Source of the DNA: Octopus sinensis
Taxonomy: Eukaryota
Length of the DNA: 64,000 nucleotides
Reading direction: 5' to 3'
Assembly: GCF_006345805.1 (NCBI RefSeq)
Contig: NC_043001.1
Span: 79,174,001-79,238,000, forward strand
Shown: one piece after another, positions 1 through 13,539 of the stretch
Numbering within the stretch: position 1 is the first letter of the stretch
How the letters are laid out: every line of letters starts with the position of its first letter
Translations under genes and position numbers: made by a program
Notes under the pieces: generated by a model
The model's database searches: none
What the model was told of the DNA's origin: nothing
What the model saw: only the letters and a program-made list of their open reading frames with translations

Positions 1-145
1 AGGGAAAGAGAAAGAGAGCAGACGGACTGACAAATAAACAAATAATGTGGAGAAGGAAAAAAAATATGTAAAAGGGTGTACAGAAGTTTTCTCAAAACAA
101 CTTGTGAAACAAAGGAAATGATAAACGTGATTTACGGACAAATGA

Positions 146-301
146 ATCGAGAGAGAGAGAGAGAGAGGGGGAGAGAGGGAGAGACAGACTAATACACTGG
201 AGATTGGGTGATGTATAAGTTTTAACCAGCACATGCTGTAGTTATTGAAAAAACGTAGAAATAGATAGATAGACAAACAGAAAGACAGACAGATAGTCAG
301 C

Positions 302-387
<86 letters not shown>

Positions 388-392
388 AGATA
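146..392. repeat. (GA)n and (GATA)n microsatellites
   Basis: Direct: GA run at ~146-186 and a long GATA run at ~261-392. Confidence 0.95.
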
Positions 393-519
393 CATAGGGA
401 GAAACATACAAGAATTTAGGTAGTGTCCTGTTACCGTATTATACCGTTTACAGATCGAAAGTTTTAAACAAAAATTTTAGCAAAAGTTGGTATGTCCAAG
501 TGAAACAGCAGAATTTGGA

Positions 520-873
520 AAGATGGTGCCAAGGACTCCAAATTTGCCATCAAGATGTAGGACAAGATACTGTGATAGCCTGGGCTTCCGAGGCCCACAG
601 CTCTTCAATATCCTCCCGATGAATCTAAGAGACCTGCATGGGGTGGATGCAGATGTCTTTAAAATGAAACTGGATCTCTTCTTGTCAGGTATCCCAGATG
701 AACCAACTTCACGGCAGGAGGTGCAGATGAGGGCAGCTGCATCGAACTCTCTCATGCACCAAATGGCAGTTGCTAAAAAGCATTCTTGAAGTAAAACCAT
801 GTAGCAACACCAAATGGCGGTGCCCCAGCATGGCCACAGCTCGTGAGCTGAAACTAGAATCAATCAATCAATC
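520..873 (+). mobile_element. 5'-truncated CR1/L2-group LINE: ORF2 C-terminus, 3' UTR and (ATCA)n tail
   Basis: ORF 487-789 encodes ...SLGFRGPQLFNILP...VFKMKLDLFLSGIPDEP...RAAASNSL, which resembles the CR1/L2-type ORF2 end. It is followed by a short UTR and an AATC tandem tail at ~858-873. Confidence 0.8.
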
Positions 874-1185
874 ATGGTGAGAATTTTAGAAGGTTAACAT
901 TACATGTCTATGCTAAGTACGATATAGACTTTTACGCCAGAAAATGCATTATTAGCGTTAGATTGACACTGACAGATCAGACATCTACTAAGAAGCGCTC
1001 CAAACGTAACCATCACATTTTAAAATGTATTTAGTAATATAGCAATATGTTTAACGTGTCCTTACTTTTTAAAGAGAAAGGATGTGATTGGGATGCCCAG
1101 GCTAATAGGTCTTGAACAGTAAATTAAAACAGCTTTGTAATGCATGAACAGTGAGGGATAACGTGTGAAAAAACAAGAGAAAGAG

Positions 1186-1343
1186 ACACATACACACACA
1201 CTCACACACTCACATACATACGCACACTCACACTCACACAAACACACACGTATGTGAACAGTCCATATGTGACATTCCTGTTGTCCAACATATACTTACG
1301 CACATACGTCTATCTATCTATCTTTCTATCTATCTATCTATCG

Positions 1344-1418
<75 letters not shown>

Positions 1419-1485
1419 CCTCCGTCTGTCAGCCTTTCTGTCTGTCTGTCTGGCTGTCTGTATGTGTATCTATCTGTCTATCTAT

Positions 1486-1552
<67 letters not shown>

Positions 1553-1918
1553 CCTATCTATATATCTCTTTCGCTCTCTCTCGATATATATATAGACAAA
1601 GAAATATCGAAATATATAAAAATACACACATACATATATATTATATTCTATATGTGTCATTTTATGTGTGCCGCGTGCGCGCGTATGATTAAAATCGGTG
1701 GACCGACACTAAACTGGTTGAAACCACAAAAACTTCAATCGGCCATTTTTGCTGAAGGGCATACTAAGAAAAGTGTCTAACTGAGGGTTCGGACCTATTT
1801 ATGTCTGAAGAAACTTATATTCTCAGCCACTTTGTTTCCAGCTTATTACATTCAAATATTTCTACTCTACGGCCATATAGAGTACTAAATGTACTAGATA
1901 GCAATAATGTACGTACCA

Positions 1919-1984
<66 letters not shown>

Positions 1985-2021
1985 ATGTGTATAAATATAT
2001 ATATAATCTATTTACGTGCAT

Positions 2022-2070
<49 letters not shown>

Positions 2071-2075
2071 CCTGT
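1186..2075. repeat. (CA)n, (TATC)n, (TA)n/(TG)n microsatellite cluster
   Basis: Direct tandem repeats at 1186-1250, 1305-1420, 1470-1560 and 1919-2075. Confidence 0.95.
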
Positions 2076-2489
2076 GTATGTATATTGTGTTAGAAAAGTG
2101 GTACCATCTGATTCCCAGTCATCTGTATATGCTAGTTAATGATTTTTCCCTATGTTTATCTCTGTTAAAATTGAACAACAATTCTCTTAGAGAAACTATG
2201 GATATGCTTTAATGAAATACCTGATTTCTGAGGCAATGTAGGGCACTTCTACGTGTTTTAATTTTGACTAACACTTAGAAGAGGCTTTCAGCGTAAAATC
2301 ACTTTGTATTACTTGCTTTTTTGTCTGCATAGAGGAGCAGAAAAAAACTGCAATTATAAAGCAGTTAAATGACTAATATTAGATTTCTTGGAAAAAAGAA
2401 TCATTTTTAGTAAGATTTTTTTTATAAGCAAAGAATATACAGAGCATTACCAACAAGATTTGTCACTTGCAAACAATAGCGGTTGTATA

Positions 2490-2490
2490 T

Positions 2491-2573
<83 letters not shown>

Positions 2574-2630
2574 GTAATTACATAGATAGATAGATAGATA
2601 AATAGACAGACAGACAGATAATTAGGTAGA
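2490..2630. repeat. (GATA)n microsatellite
   Basis: Direct. Confidence 0.95.
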
Positions 2631-2634
2631 TATG

Positions 2635-3113
2635 TTTCTTTATTAGCCACACAAGACTGAACATAGAGGGGTCAAATTACAAAGTAGAGCTTTTCATTTG
2701 GGGGAGAAAAAATGGGGGGTAGGTTTTCGATCAAAAGGGATCGTAAAAAAACGACCAATAGGGATCGTGTATCACAGAAATGTCATGATGTAAAGTGTAA
2801 TGGGTGAATCAGATAAGGTTTATCCGTGGAAAGAAAAGCCTACACAAAAGACCATGGTAATCTCGGTCAATAATGTCACATGTTAGCACATTTATTTGCA
2901 AGTAAGTAACTCTCTGTTTTAAATTTTTCCGGGTTCATAGGATTATGCTCAAGGTGGCTTCGTCATTCATACGTGTCGTCCTTGCTACAATCACCCATCT
3001 TTTTTTTAAACTTGCCTCTCTACTGTCACTTTCCTTTTTAAGTGATACTTGAAGAAGTTGATGAGAAATTGACCAGAAAAGAAAGTGTTTGTCTCCAATC
3101 CTTTCAGACGCAT
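2635..3113 (-). mobile_element. 5'-truncated L1/Tx1-type LINE 3' end
   Basis: Minus strand reads RLKGLETNTFFSGQFLINFFKYHLKRKVTVERQV, a short deletion, then KKRWVIVARTTRMNDEATLSIIL*. This resembles L1/Tx1 ORF2 C-termini. The UTR ends ...GTGGCTAATAAAGAAA. Confidence 0.7.
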
Positions 3114-3290
3114 CTAGCTATCTAGATAAATTGATAGGTAGATAGGTTGGTAGATGGATGGATGGATGATGGATGCATGGATGCATGGATGCATGGATGC
3201 ATGGACAGACTGTGAGGCAGATGGACAGCTAGCTAGATAGATAGATAGGTAGATAGATAATTGGATAGTTAAATAACTAATTGCATAGAT
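3114..3290. repeat. (GATA)n/(GGAT)n microsatellite
   Basis: Direct. Confidence 0.9.
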
Positions 3291-6200
3291 AAATGGTTCA
3301 ACACTCTGTTTGTGTGAATATTTTGAATGTACAATGTAGACGAAATAGTATTCAATATATAAATCATCGAGGTCTTGTTTTTTTTTTTTTCATATGTAGA
3401 ATATGATAGATTCGAGTGTTATTCTTGTACTAGAGCACATCTGACCATTATTTGTGTAATGAGTCAATAAACTTTGTGACGACATTTGTTTATGAATTAT
3501 ATTAATTGATTCCACAAATTATGATAATGACATTAGAAAATTTTCAAAGGATGTCTCCTGCATGAAGAAAATATAATTAAGAGCGAGTTAAAATTTTTAA
3601 TGTTGTGAGTCAAAAGAAAATTTTAATTAATTGTAATTACACTCGTAACAAGAGGAAAACATAATGTCATCGATGTTAATGAAACACCTTGTCAAAGAAA
3701 ACAAGGGAGTGAACTCCAGAATTTAAGTTGATTAAATATTAAATTTTATGAGATACGTTATCCACTCTAGGTGCCTTATATGTGTAATTTCAATTTAATT
3801 ATTCCTATAGACCACAATTCCCTCTATATATATAAATGGAGGAAACACTATTCAGTAATTCACTATTATCATTATTTTAAGATATATAATTGATTGATAA
3901 CTTTCAGAAAAGCACCATTTGTTTCCACTGAAAATCATTCTATGTTTCGGTAATTCTCTGGTAGACTGTACTTTGCTAAGGTGTTCAATGGCATCAAATC
4001 GTATTCGGAATTATACCTCTACTAGCCCAAAATGAAATCCTCGTAAATGCGTCATGTCTTGATTTACTTTTCAAACGTTTTATATTTTAGAATTCTATCC
4101 CTTGAATTGTTTTAAAATGTCAAGTACTGACGCTAATGAATTTTTCTTATAACAATTGTACCTCCTGCTATGAAGCAGATTTTACATTTAGTATAAGCTG
4201 ATTACACTAAATTCGGAATTTAACAGCGCAGAAATAGTTATATTGGAATGACTGCAAACATGTTGAAAATAAGTAAAATAATAGTATGCATTCTTTCCTA
4301 CTTATTGATAAAGACAATACGAATAATCTCTGAAATTTTAACCGGATGCATTTTTGATCTCAGAGTAGTCAGTTGAAAGTGACAAAGGTCTGGACAGTAA
4401 TACTGTTATACTGATGTCCTAGTGAACACTTTGAATACTATAATCTTTGGAACATATCTATAAAGGCAACCACTTGACTCTGTACATTGACTTTGTACAT
4501 CTGGAGTTTTAAATATGGGTATGTAAAAATTACTTTAGTATAAATTGATCAATTTTGTAACAGATTGAATAGGATGTATCTTGTGATTAGCAGAAAAAAT
4601 AACACCTGAACTCAGAAATACATAATATTAAAGAGAAAATCGAAGCTATCACTACCAAAACTAATATCTCTTAAAATAATTGAGAACGTTTATTTTCAAA
4701 ATGCAGATATTATAATCCGTTTTCGTTTGCAGTGTGGCCTGCAGTGTTATACATATTCATGTTCATGTTTATACAAACATTCACATCTATATGTATCTTT
4801 ACATTTTCATTTATCAGTATATTTACGCTTAAATGTATAGAGACATCCATCTCTGATGATGTATAACTACACAATATTTTTTCAGAGTTACAACAGATTT
4901 AACGTTTTATCGTCATAATACGTGATCTCTACTCAACGCTGTTTGATAGATTCGAATGTACTAGAGCACTTACCAATCAAATTTTGTCCTTAAAAATCTC
5001 GATTCTAGACACATTTAGCAAACAATTTTAGAGCTGATTCAGAGTTACATCGACTAAATTTTCCCTTTTCTCTAAAATGGTTTGAAGTGATAAAATCATT
5101 GCTCTGTAGTAGCGGTGATCGTTGCTGTGGTTGTGACTCTGGTGGTGATGGTGGTGGTGTTGATAGAGTTAGTGATAAGGATTGACAATATTTCTATTGT
5201 GTAATGTCGTTAGTAAACAGCATGAAGATGTTTGTATTTCTAACATTGTTAATACCTCAGTAACGTCTGTTGATAGGTGCTGTATATTGATGTTCGTGTG
5301 TTATCATATAGTATTACTGAGGTTTGTGCTAATGGTGGTATGTTGCACGATGGCAGTCATACTACTGTTATTTTGTTGTTGCTGCTCTCGTTCTTACTGT
5401 TGTTGCTTCGTAGCACCAAATTCCGATTGAACAAACCTATAGGTAGATTCACCGTCGAAAATTATTGTTGTTCAAGATTTGGTTACTGTTGTTTTCATCG
5501 CAGTCAAGTTTGAATACATTCATGATCAAACCCATCCAACAACGAGCATACCGTACATTTTGGTGTCTGCAGGACTACACTGCTAACAGTCTATAATGTT
5601 TTATTTTTCTGTGAATAATTTGGCTGTTCTTTGTAGCAAATGGAGTGAATGCTAGATCGTTTCGTTGAAGTGAAAACTATTATCAAATGCATTCAACCTT
5701 TGATCGTGATGCCATTTTTGTATATAAGGATCTACATTATCCTTTGTATACATTTTTGACAAGATGGTATGAGTATGCAGTGAAAGAGATTTAACTGCTA
5801 TCTCTAGCAGATCAAGAAATTGCATAGAGAATCAATTGTGTGCACGTCTGTTTAGATTTCTTATTGAACAGTGCTGTAGAATATAAAATAGGTTATTATG
5901 TCTAATCGCAGTATTTCTAATAGTGGTGAATTTACATAGAAGAGTTGATATGAGATATAATGGGTTTTATGGGTTAAATTGTAGTGATTGCTTGTTCTAG
6001 GATGTTGTTGAAGTTACTTAATAAGGTTGATGTTTTATATACTGGTAGTCTTATGCTATATAATGGTTTTTTTCTAAGCTTTTGATGAAGTTACATCATA
6101 AATTTGATCTGTTTTATCCTCATCTTGTGTTAAATTGTAGGTTTGGTGTGCTCTAGGCTATTGTTTAATGGTAGTAAGCCTCTATTATATTACACTTTCA

Positions 6201-6499
6201 TGTGTTATTCAATAGATTTAATGTCTCTTAGTAGTGTCTACATATTATGTGCTGCGTGGTAAGAAAATTTGTTGTGAAATGACTTTTGTGTGATGGTATA
6301 TCAGATTGAGACGAAAGATTTTTCGGATATTCACTGATGAAATTTAGCAACTTGTATCTACATATCATATCATTAATTTGATACAACTTGTCCAATCGTT
6401 GTTGAATTGATAATTCTGTATATTTTCATATACAGCATATAAATATTATTTGGTTATTCTGTATTTTACGTATTTGATGATGAATGGTGAATAAATTGC

Positions 6500-7160
6500 A
6501 ATTAGCGCTACGTTACGCTACCAGGAGAAAAAGGACTGTGTACAAGGGAAGAAGCAAAAGAAATTAATGATTTGGAAGTGCCAAGAACTGTGAACGAACA
6601 TGTAACACAAATCTTCTTCAGACGTTTCAAGGAATGTGACACTAGCTTCGAATACAAACCAAGGTCAGGGCAGTCTTCTGTGTCGAAGGTGGAGTCTTGT
6701 CTGAAATGTTTGAACAGCAACCAAGCACAGGCACTAGTACATTGTAGGCGGCACTTGGTCCTTCACAAAGCATCATCAACCGACACCTTGAGAACCTCAG
6801 CCTTGTGAATAGACTGTGTTGACAAGTACCGTATGAAATGACATATGACCAAGCTCAAAGACGTGTGGACATTTACAAATAACTGTTAGCAAATCCTCGT
6901 GGCGTCCCAATTTGGTGTCCAATTGCAACAGGAGTTGAAAAATAGAGTTATTTTTCAGCCTGGCTTCAGAAGCTGCTGTTAAACAAGGGCATTTTGATCA
7001 AAAGATAATGTATGTTTGCTAGAATTTCGAGGGGATGTTCACTTCAAGCTTGCCCCAGATGGTCATGTTGTGAACGGTAGTGTTTATGCCCAAAGCCTGC
7101 GGCATATGATGCTTAAAAAGTCCCTTACCCAACATTGGTCGATCGACAACACGCATTCCC
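6500..7160 (+). mobile_element. Decayed mariner transposase
   Basis: With frameshifts and stops: EAKEINDLEVPRTVNEHVTQIFFRRFKECDTSFEYKPRSG (HTH, RSGRP-like), QRRVDIYK*LLAN, IATGVEK*SYF (IVTGDEKW-like), NFEG.VHFKL (WWN.EG.IHFEL-like) and DNTHSH (HDNA.PH-like). Confidence 0.9.
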
Positions 7161-7220
7161 ACAGCTTGTTAATCCTGTAGGATAAAAGCCTTCATAGCCA
7201 TGAAATATGACTATAGAGAT

Positions 7221-7530
7221 GCAGGCATGGCTGTGTGGTTAAAACGCTTACTTTGCAGCTTACGCGATTTACCGCCATTGCACGTCACCTTGGACTAATG
7301 TCTTGTACAATAACTATGTACCAGTCAATGCTTTTTGAGTGAATTTGGTTAATGCCGATGTTGCTTTGTTCACTTTCACGTAGCTTAGCGATATAAACAT
7401 ATGTATAGCAATATAAACCGATGTAATAAATACCACACTATAAAAAGCATAAGTACTGATATCAATTTCTCTCAACTAACAGACTTCAAACGATTGCTCC
7501 AGCTTGGCCGCAATGAAAGAAGAAAAACAA
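7221..7530 (+). mobile_element. Degenerate SINE, family A
   Basis: Head GCAGGCATGGCTGTGTGGTT and tail TGCTCCAGCTTGGCCGCA resemble the family-A copy at 17481-17873. Confidence 0.6.
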
Positions 7531-7619
7531 AAAACTACGCCGGTGTACCACGAATAATAGAATATTCTTGATTAAATGTTTTGTTTTGAAATATATCGCA
7601 TGACTTTTAAGATTGTTAG

Positions 7620-7797
7620 AACCCCGGGCAAAATGCCCCGCGGCATTTCATCAGTTTTTACTTTATGGTTTAAAACTTCACCCAGGTCGACTTTGCTTTT
7701 CATCCTTTCGGGGTCAATAAGATAAGTATCGCTGGGATCAGCGTAATTGGATTACCCTTCCCCCTAAATTGCTGGTGCTGTGCCAAAATAATGAAAC
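7620..7797 (+). mobile_element. Degenerate SINE, family B
   Basis: Contains the family-B central block GGTCGACTTTGCTTTTCATCCTTTCGGGGTC. Confidence 0.75.
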
Positions 7798-8499
7798 AAA
7801 TATATCATATGACCTTTAGTCCTTTCTTGAAGAACACAGTCTAGAATATTTGAGTATACGCACTAGCTGCTCCTTTTGATATATACCAACATTACACAAA
7901 TATAAATGACACTTATGCCTTGCAGAAGGTCAGCAAATATTCAAAGTTAAAGGAGTTCCTTGTCCTAAACAGAAAGCCAAACCTTTGAGATATAATTTTG
8001 GCTATGATACTGACAAGTGGTTACAACGAAAGGTCATGAGAGACTGTGAGACCTAGCTTTTGTAAAGTTTGTGAAGATTTTTCAAAAGTCTTGTATACAT
8101 GTCGGGCGTTGTTATATTGTGTGTTAGAGCTGGCTAGTTATGGCATGGTGGTTTGTAAATTCTCTGATAATTAGTGATGAAGTAGAATGTCCGTATCATA
8201 GTAAAGATCTATCTTAATCGATCAGCTTTCCTAATAACTGTACGTGATTGGACTGGCAAACTACCGATCATTTTCACATTGTAGATGAGCATTCATGTGT
8301 AGCGAGTTCAAGTGAAGAGCAAGGCGGTCTAATTTTGAAAAGATCGTTTTTGTATGTTTATCAATGCATTTCAAGAAGATTGCATTAACAAACAAACTTT
8401 CAGGATCAGCCAATTTTACATCCATTTCAGGCAGTTGAAATGCTTTCACAGACGTTATTCAATGAAAGGAAATTTAATTCGGTTCCTACTTATTGGAAT

Positions 8500-9320
8500 A
8501 AAATACGGGAAGAAAGAAGGAGATGGAAAATGAATAGAGAGGAGACAGAGAGACAAAGAAAGGGAGAGAAAGAGATGGGGTAGAGGCATAAAGTGAAAGA
8601 GTGTGAACTAGATAAAAGCGAACTACAAAGTATGAAGAAAGAAAAAAAGGAAGAAAGAAAGACAGAAATAGAGAAAGTAATTATGAATGAAATTCACGAA
8701 AGAATTGTAATGACTGATAGAGAGTAAAGAAGAAAGAGGAAGAGAGAGAAAGATTAGTGAAGAATAAAGAGCAGAGAGAGGGGAAAAGCAATGAGGGGGT
8801 GAAGGAAAGCAATGAAAAGGAGAGGAAGAGCAATAAAGGGAAGAGAGATCGATGACGGATGGAGTGCAATGAAAGGGAGTGTGAGCAATGGGTGGCAGAG
8901 ATGGAGCAAGGAAACGTAGATGGAGAGGGCAAGAAATGGTAAAGACTACGAGAGAGAAGTAATGAGCGAATGTACCTAAGTGAATATGTGAATGATAGAA
9001 ACAGAGATATCGGAAGAGACACGGAAAGCAGGAAAGAAGGTAGATAGGAACTCTGGGTGTAGGAAAAGGAAGGAAAGATGACAGAGAATAGCAATAACGG
9101 AGAGAGAAAGAAAGAGAGTTAAGGGGATATACATATATATGTATGAGGGGGATTGAGTGAGAGACTAAGAGACAGAGAGTGAGAGAGGGATGGGAAAAGG
9201 CGGATAAAGAGAAAGCAAGCAACAAAGAGGGGAAACAAGAACAGAGATTAAATAGCTGGGATGATAGTGAGAACAAGTAAGGGGAGGAAGATAACTCCGC
9301 TTCTTCCTCCAAGTATGCAT
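8500..9320. repeat. Purine-rich (GA/GAA) low-complexity tract
   Basis: The plus strand is mostly A/G for ~800 bp; no unit periodicity seen. Confidence 0.85.
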
Positions 9321-9329
9321 TGGCTATAC

Positions 9330-10870
<1,541 letters not shown>

Positions 10871-11284
10871 TGTATTCATTCCATGGATGGTACTTACAAG
10901 ATTCTTATTCTTTCCATTTCCAAATTTACCATTGTTTAAATGGAATTATTAAATTTAAGACATATATATGTGTGCGCGTGTGTATGTATGTATATATGCA
11001 TGTATGTATGTATGTATATACAACAGCACTGGTGTCAAGATAGTTTACCATTAGACTGTTTCTTAATAGTTGATAAATTACTGTTGACTACTTAAGTGCA
11101 AGGAGGAAGTGAATATAAGAATATAGTTAGGAAGATGCTCAAGTCATTGAGCGTAAGATAAAAATACTAAATGAAATGCAAGGAAAAAGCAAAGGAACAA
11201 ATATCTATTGTCTCCTGACCTGTCAATAGTCAGTGTAATGCGGCATTGGAGTAGTTAGTTACATACAAAGAGTCTCTTAACAAA

Positions 11285-11807
11285 AGCGACGATCTGGCAG
11301 AAACGTTAGCACGCCGGGCGAAATGCTTAAAGTTATTTCGTCTGTCGTTACGTTCTCAGTTCAAATTCCGCCGAGGTCGACTTTGCCCTTCATCCTTTCG
11401 GGGTCGATTAAATAAGTACCAGTTACGCACTGGGGTCGATATAGTCGACTTAATCCGTTTGTCTGTTCTTATTTTTCGTTCCTGTGTTTAGCCCCTTGTG
11501 GGTAGTAAAAAATAGGTATTTCGTCTGTCTTTGCGTTCTCAGTTCAAATTCCGTCGAGGTCGACTTTGCCTTTCATCCTTTCGGGGTCAATTAAATAAGT
11601 ACCAGTTACGTACTGGGGTCGACATAATCGGCTTAATCCGTTTGTCTGTCCTTGTTTGTCCTCTCTGTGTTTAGCCCCTTGTGGATAGTAAAGTAATAGG
11701 TATTTCGTCGGCTGTTATTTTTTGAGTTCAAATTCCGCTGAGGTCGACATTGCCTTTCATCCCCTCCGAGTCTATATGCTTAGTCCCTTGTGGGCAATAA
11801 AGAAATA
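11285..11807 (+). mobile_element. SINE-B concatemer (one head + 3 body/tail-1 units)
   Basis: tRNA-like head (TGGCAGAAACG A box, GTTCAAATTCC B box). TATTTCG recurs at 11334, 11517 and 11701. The third unit is internally deleted. Confidence 0.9.
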
Positions 11808-11809
11808 AT

Positions 11810-12005
11810 AAACGTTAGCACGCCGGCGAAAAGCTTGGCAGTATTTTGTCGGTCTTTACGTTCTGAATTCAAATGTCACCGAGAGCGAATTTACCTTTCA
11901 TCCTTTCGCGGTCGATAAATTAAGTACCAGTTGCGTACTAGGGGTCGATCTAATCGACTGGGTACTCTCCCAAAATTTCGAACCTTGTACCTAGAGTAGA
12001 AAAGA
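11810..12005 (+). mobile_element. SINE-B with tail type 2
   Basis: Body followed by ...CCCAAAATTTCGAACCTTGTACCTAGAGTAGAAAAGAAT. Confidence 0.85.
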
Positions 12006-12007
12006 AT

Positions 12008-12185
12008 CTTTTACTTGTTTACGTTATTAGACTTCGGTTATGCTGGGGCACCGCTTTAAGAAGTTTTGTTTCAAGTCTCGTGCTCATTCTATCCGTCTGT
12101 TTTGCCGAACCGCTATTTACTGGGACTTAAGCATATCAATAGTAGTTGTCAAGCGGTGGTCGTGGGACAAACACAGACACAAAAC
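12008..12185 (-). mobile_element. SINE-A 3' part
   Basis: Reverse complement contains GCGGTGCCCCAGCAT, the tail motif shared with the LINE at 817-831. Confidence 0.75.
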
Positions 12186-12246
12186 CATTCCCATACATAC
12201 ATACATACATACATACATACATGTATCCCTCTCTTAAATAGCATAA

Positions 12247-12460
12247 TTTTCTATTGTAGGCAAAGGCCCGCAACTTTTGGGGAGTGGGGGACCAGTCGAC
12301 TAGATCGACACAGGTACGCAACTGGTACTTAATTTATCGATCCCGAAATGATGAAATGCAAAGTCGACCTCGGCGGGATTTGAACTCAGAACGTAAAGAC
12401 AGACAAAATACTAATAAGCATTTCGCCCAGCGCGCTAACGTTTCTGCCAGCTCGCAGCCG
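12247..12460 (-). mobile_element. SINE-B, tail 2
   Basis: Full head, body and tail 2 on the minus strand. Confidence 0.9.
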
Positions 12461-12503
12461 CTGCGTACATACATATAGTCATACATACATACATATATAT
12501 GGG

Positions 12504-12504
<1 letters not shown>

Positions 12505-12564
<60 letters not shown>

Positions 12565-12690
12565 TGTGTGTCATTCAGTTTCTGTCTATGAAATCCACAC
12601 CTAAAGTTTTGGTCGGCGCTGGGCTGAAATAGAAGATACTTGCCCAAGGTGCTATGCAATGGAATTATGTGGTTATAGAGCAAATTTGTT
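12505..12690 (-). mobile_element. (TG)n plus SINE-A 5' fragment
   Basis: TG run at 12505-12571, then the reverse complement of CCTTGGGCAAGTATCTTCTA...CCGACCAAAAC. Confidence 0.65.
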
Positions 12691-13095
12691 TAAGCAATTC
12701 TTTGTGGAATGATTAGGAGAATGTTAGGAGAAAGTGAATTATAGAAGGGATGTTGGGAAGGAATCTGGAATGGTGTTAGAATAGTTGACGTGTCGACTGA
12801 GATAAAGATTTTCTTTGTAGTTCGTTTCGCAATTGGGCCATTGGAATCGACTAATTTTGTTGAGAAAGTAAGTATTGTGTGGGTAATTAATTTAAACCAG
12901 CGCCATGGAAGAAACACCGCGACCGACTATAGATGTCACTTGCCCTGGAGACAGCAGATTTATTGATAAAGAAGAAAATATAACGGAAGATATTTGAAGC
13001 TCTGAGAAGTGAAAGAATAACAACAACAACAACAACAAAAATGCGGTCAATTGGTCACTGAAAAAGTGTATTATGTCAATAATTGTTCGCGCCTT

Positions 13096-13293
13096 AAGGC
13101 AGCGAGCTGGTAAAAAAAGGTTAGTACGCCGGGCAATATGCTTATCAGCATTTCGTCTGTTTTTTACGTTCTGAGTTCAAATCCCGCCGAGGTCGACTTT
13201 GCCTTTCATCCTTTCGGAGTCGTTGCATACTAGGGTTGATCTAATCGAATGGCCTTATTTCGGGCCTTGTGCTTAGAGTAGAAAAGAATAATT
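13096..13293 (+). mobile_element. SINE-B, tail 2 (internal deletion)
   Basis: Head, B box, central block and tail 2. Confidence 0.85.
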
Positions 13294-13365
13294 GTTTGCG
13301 TCATACATATATTAAGCAAATATCTCAATTTACCCGGAGGACTAAAGATTCTGCTATCCATATAG

Positions 13366-13522
13366 GCACAAACGTTGCGGTGTGGTAACATGTTTGCTTC
13401 CCAGTCCCATAGTTCCGGGTTCAATACCACTGGGTGGCACCTTAGGCACATGACTTCTGCTATAGCCTCGGGTCGACCAAAAGCTTGTGAGTGGATTTGG
13501 TAGACGGAAACTGAAAGAAGAA
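13366..13522 (+). mobile_element. SINE-A 5' half
   Basis: GTGTGGTAAC...GGGTTCAATACC...GGATTTGGTAGACGGAAACTGAAAGAAG. Confidence 0.85.
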
Positions 13523-13539
13523 TGCGTATATATATGTAT

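Noticed and set aside
4853-4880. CTGATGA motif (also at ~6334)
   Set aside because: Not followed by a stem and GAAA.
8623-9312. 229-aa and 137-aa minus-strand ORFs
   Set aside because: They arise from a pyrimidine-rich low-complexity strand that rarely forms stop codons; S/L/F/P-biased, no domain.
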